A stretch of 9,321 nucleotides of DNA from a virus (taxonomy: Duplodnaviria; Heunggongvirae; Uroviricota; Caudoviricetes): IMG/VR virus record IMGVR_UViG_2728369185_000012. The stretch is one strand, 5' to 3'. The notes beneath the pieces are model-generated. The model did not search any database and was not told the DNA's origin. It was given only the letters and a program-made list of their open reading frames with translations. Shown here piece by piece: positions 1 through 6,065 of the stretch. Every line of letters starts with the position of its first letter. Position 1 is the first letter of the stretch. The position numbers and the translations under genes are program-made.

Positions 1-243
1 TGTGGTGATCCCGTTTTCCCGGAAAGCCAGAACCCACTGGCGGCGGATTTCGTTCAGTTCGTTCTGGTCACGGTTAGCCAGACTCGCCGGGAAAGTTGCC
101 AGTAACTGGCTGAACACACCGTTGATGATCTGCGCTACCTGCTGTACCTGCGGCTTTTCGTCGTACTGTTCCGGCATGTTGTTGGCGATCCGACGCATCT
201 GCTCACGGTCAAAATTAACCATCTGTGCGGCGATGTTTTTCAT
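1..243 (-). CDS. P: Replication protein P (DnaB helicase loader), N-terminal 81 codons; the gene continues beyond the window start
   Basis: Reverse-complement of 1-243 translates from ATG (241-243) as MKNIAAQMVNFDREQMRRIANNMPEQYDEKPQVQQVAQIINGVFSQLLATFPASLANRDQNELNEIRRQWVLAFRENGITT, which I recognise as the lambda P N-terminus. The start overlaps the O stop (ATGA). It is absent from the ORF track only because it is open at the window edge. Confidence 0.9.
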   Translation of the reverse strand, partial: MKNIAAQMVNFDREQMRRIANNMPEQYDEKPQVQQVAQIINGVFSQLLATFPASLANRDQNELNEIRRQWVLAFRENGITT

Positions 244-1169
244 AAATCCACCCCGTAAATCCAGTCAGTGTTTGTCAGGTCGAGTTTTGGTTTGCAGGCT
301 GTCACACCTGCCTGTTGCTTGTTACGGTTGATTTCGAGCTGGGTCCACTTGTCGCGGAGTTTGGCCGGGCTCAGCACGTTACCGGACCAGAAGTTGTCCT
401 GGCATGCCCAGCGGAACAGTACACACATGTCGCGATGGTTACGTCCGTCACGTTCACGCATCAGGCGGATATCGTTAGCCCACCCTGCAAAATTCGGTTT
501 TCTGGCTGATGGCGCGATGGTCTTCACCATGTCAAACATCCACTCTGCGGCGGTCAGGTCTTCTGCTGTCCCCCACCTGCTGCCGCTCTGAATTGCAGCA
601 TCTGGTTTCTCCACAGGAAGGTCGTTTTCTGGCTGGTCAGAGGATTCGCCAGAATTCTCGGACGAAAAAGGTTTTATATTGTCTTTTGTTAGTTTGTCTT
701 TTGTGTTTACCTGATTCGGGTAAACGTCTTTACCTGATTTGGGTAAACTTTTTTTACCTGATTCAGGTAAATTTACCTCTTTCAGGTAAACTTTATTTTT
801 CTTACCTGATTCGGGTAATGTTGACCATTCACTGACCACATTATTAATGCCGATATTCCGCCCGCTCTGAATAAAAATCCCACGCTTTACCAGAACACTT
901 TTTGCAGCAGAACACTTGTGCGGCAATATCCCGGTCAACTCGGAAAGTTGCTCGTTGCTCACCCAATCCAGTTTTTTATTAAAGCCATATGTTTTGCGCA
1001 TGACAGCCAGGAAGACCAGAAGCTGGTGCTGTGTTAATCCGGCCAGCATTACAGCTTCCAGCAACTCATTTGCAATGCGCGTATAACCATCATCGAGATC
1101 TGCCACGCGCGGCTCCTTTTGTGCCGCATCCGGCACTGGAAAATTGAATATCTCAGCAGTGTTTGCCAT
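240..1169 (-). CDS. O: Replication initiator protein O (origin-binding), about 309 aa
   Basis: The ORF-track protein from the internal Met (MANTAEIFNF...VADLDDGYTRI...) aligns with the lambda O N-terminus (MTNTAKILNF...VADLDDGYARL), and the C-terminus (...NFWSGNVLSPAKLRDKWTQLEINRNKQQAGVTACKPKLDLTNTDWIYGVDL) is lambda-like. GGAGG lies 4 nt upstream of the ATG at 1167-1169. The ORF track's longer 1259 start is an upstream in-frame extension. The TGA stop at 240-242 overlaps the P start. Confidence 0.88.
   Translation of the reverse strand: MANTAEIFNFPVPDAAQKEPRVADLDDGYTRIANELLEAVMLAGLTQHQLLVFLAVMRKTYGFNKKLDWVSNEQLSELTGILPHKCSAAKSVLVKRGIFIQSGRNIGINNVVSEWSTLPESGKKNKVYLKEVNLPESGKKSLPKSGKDVYPNQVNTKDKLTKDNIKPFSSENSGESSDQPENDLPVEKPDAAIQSGSRWGTAEDLTAAEWMFDMVKTIAPSARKPNFAGWANDIRLMRERDGRNHRDMCVLFRWACQDNFWSGNVLSPAKLRDKWTQLEINRNKQQAGVTACKPKLDLTNTDWIYGVDL
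707..819. repeat. Replication origin iterons: five tandem copies of a ~19-bp inverted-repeat unit (TTACCTGATTCGGGTAAAC and variants) inside the O coding region, with an AT-rich tract at about 640-706
   Basis: Directly seen copies at about 707-725, 730-748, 755-773, 774-792 and 802-819, each with TTACC...GGTAA dyad symmetry. The adjacent tract 640-706 is T-rich (gttttatattgtcttttgttagtttgtcttttgtg). The layout matches lambda ori, which has iterons plus an AT-rich region within O. Confidence 0.75.
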
Positions 1170-1255
1170 AATTCCTCCCGCAATGAGTGTGTTACGATTT
1201 GCACCTGAAAGTCGGTTCTGTTCCCGCAGACCGACTTTCGCCATTTTTGAACCTG

Positions 1256-1801
1256 TCATATTGCCCCCAGCATGGTGGTGACCATCGCCATCAATGGACC
1301 AGCCAGATCCGGGTCCACTCGAAACATCGACACAATGCCTTCACTCATCTCCTTCAGTTTCTGGTGGCGTGGTGCGTTGAGAATGACCGCCTGCTTTGCC
1401 TCACTGAGTTCCTTTTCCATTTCAGCCAGCCGAGCCATGAAGCTATCCTGCTCAACCAGGTGGCCGCGATATTCCAGCGGTAGTACCGCCAGAATTGCCG
1501 GGGTCAGTTCACGCACGTTATTTCGGTATTTTTCAGAATCGAATTTGTTATCGAGGAAGCGGAACAGCTTCTGGCGTGCACGACTGACATCATCAGGAAA
1601 ATCGATGGTGCCGCCGCCCTGTGCTCGATACTCATTCACAATGAGTGCGGCAACTACATCCTGATTATCTTCAGCAGACCAGGCGCGGACGGCATCACGA
1701 ATTTTTTCGTGGCCTGGCACCTGTTTTATTTGAGAACGATTTATCACCGCAGTCGGGCTAAATCCGCTAGTCTGTTGGTATGTAAGTGGTTGCATAATCA
1801 T
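1256..1801 (-). CDS. CII-position regulatory protein (YdaT-like, CII functional equivalent), 181 aa
   Basis: ORF between cro and O on the same strand. ATG at 1799-1801 with a weak AAGG upstream; the stop overlaps the upstream in-frame extension of O. The protein (MIMQPLTYQQTSGF...) is not lambda CII. Its position and size fit the YdaS/YdaT-type immunity modules of CP-933P/Rac-like prophages; family assignment is from memory, not a search. Confidence 0.65.
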   Translation of the reverse strand: MIMQPLTYQQTSGFSPTAVINRSQIKQVPGHEKIRDAVRAWSAEDNQDVVAALIVNEYRAQGGGTIDFPDDVSRARQKLFRFLDNKFDSEKYRNNVRELTPAILAVLPLEYRGHLVEQDSFMARLAEMEKELSEAKQAVILNAPRHQKLKEMSEGIVSMFRVDPDLAGPLMAMVTTMLGAI

Positions 1802-1825
1802 CGCCTTATCAGTTAACGCCGCAGA

Positions 1826-2053
1826 TTAGGCGGCAGAATTACTCGCGTTAAACAATGGTGCGAGGTCGGGACGAATATCTGCTGGCTTAATCTTTCCACC
1901 AGTGGCTGAGACAATTTTCATTACATAGCGGGCATCAATTCCGCCACCGTGTAGCCAACGCCAAACAGTGGGCTGGGCTACACCGCATAGATCTGCCAGT
2001 CGTTTTTGACTACCTGTAATACTGATTGCGAGTTGAATGGTTTGATTTGTCAT
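1826..2053 (-). CDS. cro: Cro-like HTH repressor (YdaS-type), 75 aa
   Basis: First gene leftward from the divergent operator region. ATG at 2051-2053 is preceded by AGGA; the ORF-track start at 2059 is a TTG two codons upstream. HTH segment SQKRLADLCGVAQPTVWRW; stop TAA at 1826-1828. Confidence 0.75.
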   Translation of the reverse strand: MTNQTIQLAISITGSQKRLADLCGVAQPTVWRWLHGGGIDARYVMKIVSATGGKIKPADIRPDLAPLFNASNSAA

Positions 2054-2084
2054 TATCAATTCCTATTGGTATTACAATGAATGA

Positions 2085-2113
2085 ATAATAGCAATGCGTA
2101 TTAACCATGGCAA
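2085..2113 (-). promoter_or_regulatory. PR-like sigma70 promoter for cro with overlapping operator (OR1-like site at about 2085-2103; second AATAGCAAA copy at 2112-2120)
   Basis: On the minus strand: -35 TTGCCA (plus 2108-2113), 17-bp spacer, -10 TATTAT (plus 2085-2090), about 25 nt upstream of the cro RBS. The 19-mer spanning spacer and -10 (TAATACGCATTGCTATTAT) matches the PL unit at 3966-3984 in 15 of 19 positions. Confidence 0.45.
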
Positions 2114-2127
2114 TAGCAAAACGTGTT

Positions 2128-2156
2128 TTGACCATCAATACGCAAGCGTATAAATT
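2128..2156 (+). promoter_or_regulatory. PRM-like promoter candidate for cI (weak; transcript probably leaderless)
   Basis: -35 TTGACC (2128-2133) and -10 TATAAA/TAAATT (2149-2156) with a 15-17 bp spacer, placing the start site at or near the ATG at 2164. There is no Shine-Dalgarno before 2164, as with lambda cI from PRM. Palindrome ATACGCAAGCGTAT at 2138-2151 overlaps it. Confidence 0.3.
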
Positions 2157-2163
2157 AAAACTT

Positions 2164-2856
2164 ATGAAAAAAGAAACTCTTGCTGATCGCTTAAACCTAG
2201 CGATGGAACAATCTGGGATGTCTCAAGGCGCTCTTGCAAAGGCGTCTGGCGTAGCTCAACCCACAATCTGGAGACTGACAAGCGGCAACGCGCGCGGCTC
2301 AACAAAAATTGTTGAAATAGCTAATGCATTGGGTGTTCGAACAGAGTGGCTCTCATCAGGCATAGGCCCGATGAGAAATGACGGTCAACAATCAGGGAAG
2401 CCTACTGTCAACCATTCCAAATACTTCAAGATTGACGTTCTTGATATAGAAGTCAGTGCTGGGCCGGGAGTCATCAACCGTGAGTTTGTAGAAGTCCTAC
2501 GCTCGGTTGAGTACTCGTTTGACGATGCTCGTCACATGTTCGATGGCAGGAAGGCGGAAAATATCCGCATCATTAACGTGCGTGGTGACAGCATGTCAGG
2601 AACGATCGAACCAGGTGATCTGCTGTTCGTTGATATCACGGTTAAATCTTTCGACGGTGATGGCATCTATGCGTTTCTGTACGACGACACCGCCCATGTA
2701 AAGCGCCTGCAAATGATGAAGGATAAGCTGCTGGTTATCTCTGATAACAAGAGCTACTCACCGTGGGACCCGATCGAGAAAGACGAGATGAACCGGGTGT
2801 TCATCTTCGGTAAGGTTATTGGGAGCATGCCCCAGACGTACAGGAAACATGGATAA
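2164..2856 (+). CDS. cI: CI-type prophage repressor (N-terminal HTH plus C-terminal LexA/S24 autopeptidase domain), about 230 aa
   Basis: HTH SQGALAKASGVAQPTIWRL; candidate Ala-Gly cleavage site (EVSAGPG); S24 catalytic motifs GDSM (Ser) and HVKRL (Lys). Start chosen at ATG 2164 (MKKETL...) to leave room for the divergent operators; the ORF-track start at 2107 is an alternative. Stop TAA at 2854-2856. Confidence 0.85.
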   Translation: MKKETLADRLNLAMEQSGMSQGALAKASGVAQPTIWRLTSGNARGSTKIVEIANALGVRTEWLSSGIGPMRNDGQQSGKPTVNHSKYFKIDVLDIEVSAGPGVINREFVEVLRSVEYSFDDARHMFDGRKAENIRIINVRGDSMSGTIEPGDLLFVDITVKSFDGDGIYAFLYDDTAHVKRLQMMKDKLLVISDNKSYSPWDPIEKDEMNRVFIFGKVIGSMPQTYRKHG

Positions 2857-2922
2857 TCAGCACTGTGCTGATGAGTCGTTTAGGGGATAGTAAATTTAAT
2901 TAGAATTAGACGAGAGCGATTT

Positions 2923-3786
2923 ATGGATTGTGACGCTTTACAGGATATAAAAATCTCTCTTAGGTATGACGGAAAAGATGCTTTAAATCATGAAATAGAT
3001 TTGAACTGCCTAGGAGAATCCCTAAAGGGTTTTTCTAAAGTTCTCTCAACAGCAGCTTCTTTCTCTGTTACACAAAAATATAGTAAATACATTAATTATC
3101 AGGAAGTTAAGGTTTACGCACGCGAAGCAAAAGCTAACTGCTTTACTCTTGAAGCAGTTCTTAACTTCGCCACTCAGAACCAGTTGTTCTCGGGGATCGC
3201 CGCAACTATACTTGGCGCAATACTACAATATATTTTTGCGAGAAATTCTAACAAGAAAGATGAAATGAAAGCTTTGCAGCAGTCACTTGAAAAGGCCATA
3301 GAGGCACTAGGAAACAAGGATGCTGGAACCATTGATAAGTTGATCTCTTTGATTGACCGAATGGCTGTAGAGCTTCGCCCCTCTGTAAGGCAGGCAGTAT
3401 CACCTATTGGTAATACTTGCGATCAGATAAGTGTTGCAACAAATGTTGACGGCTGCCTTCTAAAAGTTAATGAGAGAGATAAAGCTGAAATTGATAGGCT
3501 TGATGATGATGAAGTTCTCGGTCTTCGTGAGTATCGTGCTTTTCTTACAGAATTTGATGCACAAAATATGACAGCTAAAATAATTTTAGATGGTGATGAC
3601 TCAAAAAAGAGAATCACTGCTGAAATTAGCGATCCAGCTGCAGGAAAGAAGAATAACCCGTATATTAGAGCTCTTAGTGCATATATATCAACCAAAGGTG
3701 ATCCATCTGCAGTATTCACTATAACCGCAAAGGCTACTGTTAAAAAAGGCCAGATAAACAGGTTATTTATTGTAGATGCGAAATGA
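2923..3786 (+). CDS. Hypothetical protein of unknown function, 287 aa, cotranscribed with cI; AT-rich moron in the slot equivalent to lambda rexA-rexB; candidate defence/exclusion gene
   Basis: Clean ORF starting 67 bp after the cI stop on the same strand, with an intrinsic terminator immediately downstream. The first 60 nt sample about 37% G+C. One hydrophobic segment ([19 protein letters not shown], about nt 3184-3240) lies between hydrophilic domains. I recognise no similarity to RexA/RexB or any other family. Confidence 0.8.
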   Translation: MDCDALQDIKISLRYDGKDALNHEIDLNCLGESLKGFSKVLSTAASFSVTQKYSKYINYQEVKVYAREAKANCFTLEAVLNFATQNQLFSGIAATILGAILQYIFARNSNKKDEMKALQQSLEKAIEALGNKDAGTIDKLISLIDRMAVELRPSVRQAVSPIGNTCDQISVATNVDGCLLKVNERDKAEIDRLDDDEVLGLREYRAFLTEFDAQNMTAKIILDGDDSKKRITAEISDPAAGKKNNPYIRALSAYISTKGDPSAVFTITAKATVKKGQINRLFIVDAK

Positions 3787-3788
3787 TT

Positions 3789-3817
3789 TCCCCGGCCGTC
3801 GTGCCGGGTTTTCTTTT
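3789..3817 (+). terminator. Rho-independent terminator ending the cI-moron operon
   Basis: Stem CCCGGC (3791-3796), loop CGTCGT, stem GCCGGG (3803-3808), followed by TTTTCTTTT (3809-3817), directly after the stop at 3786. Confidence 0.75.
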
Positions 3818-3938
3818 GCCTCCCCTCATCACACACCGTTCAAAAAACCACCATAACCCCCGCTTCAGTTATCGCTATGCGATGCAAGTCACAAAATTAA
3901 TTCCTTTTGCTATCAAACAGTTAATATCAAAATGCATC

Positions 3939-3984
3939 AATCAATAGCAATAAGTATTGATATCACTAATAGCAATAGCTATTA
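3939..3984 (+). promoter_or_regulatory. PL-like sigma70 promoter with two operator sites (OL)
   Basis: -35 TTGATA (3956-3961), 17-bp spacer, -10 TATTAT (3979-3984). An 18-bp palindrome TAATAGC-AATA-GCTATTA (3966-3983) overlaps the spacer and -10. A second site, TCAATAGCAATAAGTATTGA (3940-3959), has TCAATA/TATTGA inverted arms. The 9-mer AATAGCAAT occurs at 3942-3950 and 3967-3975. Confidence 0.5.
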
Positions 3985-4178
3985 TCACCATGTCGCAACA
4001 ACACAACGATACGGCAACCACCTGATTCGCCGTTGCGATGACCGCTTAGATCCGCAGCTTGAATTTCAGCAGGCTCCGGGGAGTGCGAGGGGTGAAGCGG
4101 ACGCGTTAACGTCGGTGTGACCAGCTGAAATCAACTCAACACTTCATACCTCAGTCGCTTCAACGAGGCGGCTTAGTT

Positions 4179-4469
4179 ATGACAACCGGCGGCCATCCAC
4201 CGCCTGAATACGCGCAGAAGTCTCTATATGTTCAGCAGCCCAGCTTACGGGCAGGAGTTTTTATGGTTCATCAACATTACGGAACTCAGACCGTTAATCG
4301 CGGTGCCGTCCGGCCAGGTATGCTGGTTAAACACAAAGATGGTACCTGGACGGCATCAGCTAATTTGCGCGGTCGGCTTTACTTGCATCGCGGCATCGAA
4401 CGAACGTACACAAAAGATTTGCTCGTGGAGGTTTACCTGAATGGTACTGGCGGTGGTCTGAGCCACTAA
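4179..4469 (+). CDS. Hypothetical basic protein, 96 aa; first ORF downstream of the PL-like promoter (N-position); coding status uncertain
   Basis: ATG at 4179 preceded by GAGGCGG. The protein is net basic and Gly/Pro-rich (MTTGGHPPPEY...) with no Arg-rich N-terminal motif. No homology recognised. Confidence 0.3.
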   Translation: MTTGGHPPPEYAQKSLYVQQPSLRAGVFMVHQHYGTQTVNRGAVRPGMLVKHKDGTWTASANLRGRLYLHRGIERTYTKDLLVEVYLNGTGGGLSH

Positions 4470-4473
4470 CTAC

Positions 4474-4779
4474 TCACTTGTTTGGGCCGTGTGGAGCCAA
4501 AGCAAATTCAAGGTTGTAGATACTCCCATCAGGGGCTTTGAAATCAACCTCAAACCGAGATGGCGGATTGAATGGATCGAGTACATTTTCTGCTACGCAT
4601 GTAGATCTCCAATTGATATGGCCTTTGCCAAGCGAGCGAGATTCCCACCAAGCTCTCCAGGTCTGGTCTTGCGGTTGATCACTCCCCTTTTCCCTTACAT
4701 ACCAATGATTCTTTTTCGACTGCTTACCCATTTCTGCGGTTGGGTACATCGGAGAAGACTTTAACTTATCAATCAGCAT
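4474..4779 (-). CDS. Hypothetical protein, about 101 aa, transcribed opposite to the PL operon (sieB-like orientation)
   Basis: ATG at 4777-4779 with AAGGTG 6 nt upstream on the minus strand; the ORF-track start at 4788 is GTG. The protein (MLIDKLKSSPMYPTAEMGKQSKKNHWYVREKG...) has balanced composition, whereas the plus-strand ORF 4489-4764 on the opposite strand looks less protein-like. No homology recognised. Confidence 0.45.
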   Translation of the reverse strand: MLIDKLKSSPMYPTAEMGKQSKKNHWYVREKGSDQPQDQTWRAWWESRSLGKGHINWRSTCVAENVLDPFNPPSRFEVDFKAPDGSIYNLEFALAPHGPNK

Positions 4780-4917
4780 TCTAGACACCTTATTTATCAG
4801 ATTTTGAGCAAGACATAGTGTGATCCAACATTTTGATTAATCAAGCGAGTTCATTCAAACAACTATGCAGTTAACGCACTGTCTGGATCCGCACATCAAA
4901 ATTTCAGGAGTTTATCC

Positions 4918-5214
4918 ATGAACGCTTATTACATTCAGGATCGTCTTGAGGCTCAGAGCTGGGCGCGTCACTACCAGCAGATCGCCCGTGAAGAGAAAGA
5001 GGCAGAACTGGCAGACGACATGGAAAAAGGCCTGCCCCAGCACCTGTTTGAATCGCTATGCATCGATCATTTACAACGCCACGGGGCCAGCAAAAAAGCC
5101 ATTACCCGTGCGTTTGATGACGATGTTGAGTTTCAGGAGCGCATGGCAGAACACATCCGGTACATGGTTGAAACCATTGCTCACCACCAGGTTGATATTG
5201 ATTCAGAGGTATAA
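4918..5214 (+). CDS. gam: Gam, host RecBCD nuclease inhibitor (short GamS-length form, 98 aa)
   Basis: Protein [60 protein letters not shown]... matches lambda Gam from the GamS start. AGGAG RBS at 4906-4910. An in-frame TGA at 4834-4836 and the absence of an upstream in-frame ATG rule out the long form. Confidence 0.95.
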   Translation: MNAYYIQDRLEAQSWARHYQQIAREEKEAELADDMEKGLPQHLFESLCIDHLQRHGASKKAITRAFDDDVEFQERMAEHIRYMVETIAHHQVDIDSEV

Positions 5215-5219
5215 AACGG

Positions 5220-6065
5220 ATGAGTACAGCACTCGCAACGCTGGCTGGGAAGCTGGCTGAACGTGTCGGCATGGATTCTGTCGACCCACAGGAACTGATC
5301 ACCACTCTTCGCCAGANNNNNNNNNNNNNNNNNNNNNNNNNNNNNNNNNNNNNNNNNNNNNNNNNNNNNNNNNNNNNNNNNNNNNNNNNNNNNNNNNNNN
5401 NNNNNNNNNNNNNNNNNNNNNNNNNNNNNNNNNNNNNNNNNNNNNNNNNNNNNNNNNNNNNNNNNNNNNNNNNNNNNNNNNNNNNNNNNNNNNNNNNCGT
5501 TCCGGTGGTGGGCGTTGATGGCTGGTCCCGCATCATCAATGAAAACCAGCAGTTTGATGGCATGGACTTTGAGCAGGACAATGAATCCTGTACATGCCGG
5601 ATTTACCGCAAGGACCGTAATCATCCGATCTGCGTTACCGAATGGATGGATGAATGCCGCCGCGAACCATTCAAAACTCGCGAAGGCAGAGAAATCACGG
5701 GGCCGTGGCAGTCGCATCCCAAACGGATGTTACGGCATAAAGCCATGATTCAGTGTGCCCGTCTGGCCTTCGGATTTGCTGGTATCTATGACAAGGATGA
5801 AGCCGAGCGCATTGTCGAAAATACCGCATACACTGCAGAACGTCAGCCGGAACGCGACATCACTCCGGTTAACGATGAAACCATGCAGGAGATTAACACT
5901 CTGCTGATCGCCCTGGATAAAACATGGGATGACGACTTATTGCCGCTCTGTTCCCAGATATTTCGCCGCGACATTCGCGCCTCGTCAGAACTGACACAGG
6001 CCGAAGCAGTGAAAGCTCTTGGATTCCTGAAACAGAAAGCCACTGAGCAGAAGGTGGCAGCATGA
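5220..6065 (+). CDS. bet: Bet (Redbeta) single-strand annealing recombinase; the central part is masked by an N-run
   Basis: The N-terminus [32 protein letters not shown] and the C-terminal 188 aa ([26 protein letters not shown]...ATEQKVAA) match lambda Bet. Reading frame is preserved across N 5317-5497. Start is 5 nt after the gam stop; the stop overlaps the exo start (ATGA). Confidence 0.9.
   Translation: MSTALATLAGKLAERVGMDSVDPQELITTLRQXXXXXXXXXXXXXXXXXXXXXXXXXXXXXXXXXXXXXXXXXXXXXXXXXXXXXXXXXXXXXVPVVGVDGWSRIINENQQFDGMDFEQDNESCTCRIYRKDRNHPICVTEWMDECRREPFKTREGREITGPWQSHPKRMLRHKAMIQCARLAFGFAGIYDKDEAERIVENTAYTAERQPERDITPVNDETMQEINTLLIALDKTWDDDLLPLCSQIFRRDIRASSELTQAEAVKALGFLKQKATEQKVAA
5317..5497. 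other. Run of 181 undetermined bases (N) inside bet
   Basis: Directly seen. The flanking codons are in the same frame. Confidence 1.

Noticed and set aside
2-331. Plus-strand ORF of 109 aa
   Set aside because: Lies antisense to the confidently identified P and O genes; a shadow ORF.
268-835. Three plus-strand ORFs (268-591, 315-509, 509-835)
   Set aside because: Antisense to O; the last overlaps the ori iterons, whose repetitive sequence keeps the frame open.
1187-1664. Plus-strand ORFs 1187-1483 and 1272-1664
   Set aside because: Antisense to the CII-equivalent gene, with no independent support.
2107-2163. Upstream in-frame extension of cI (ORF-track start at 2107)
   Set aside because: It would cover the divergent operator/promoter region and leave only 47 bp between cro and cI; the 2164 start gives a typical repressor length. 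Not excluded.
2507-2701. Plus-strand ORF of 64 aa in an alternative frame
   Set aside because: Wholly inside cI in another frame.
3423-3836. Minus-strand ORF of 137 aa
   Set aside because: Antisense to the 287-codon gene and running through its terminator; its low-complexity translation looks like an AT-rich antisense artefact.
3932-4120. Plus-strand ORF of 62 aa
   Set aside because: Begins inside the predicted OL operator/PL promoter sequence with no RBS; more likely non-coding leader.
4228-4440. Plus-strand ORF of 70 aa
   Set aside because: Alternative frame within 4179-4469, with Cys/Trp-rich odd composition.
4489-4764. Plus-strand ORF of 91 aa
   Set aside because: Antisense to the better-supported minus-strand ORF 4474-4779; no RBS.
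4946-5260. Plus-strand ORF of 104 aa
   Set aside because: Alternative frame overlapping gam and the bet start.
5102-5717. Minus-strand ORFs 5102-5581 and 5181-5717, and plus-strand ORF 5515-5748
   Set aside because: Antisense to or out of frame with bet, and mostly held open by the N-run.
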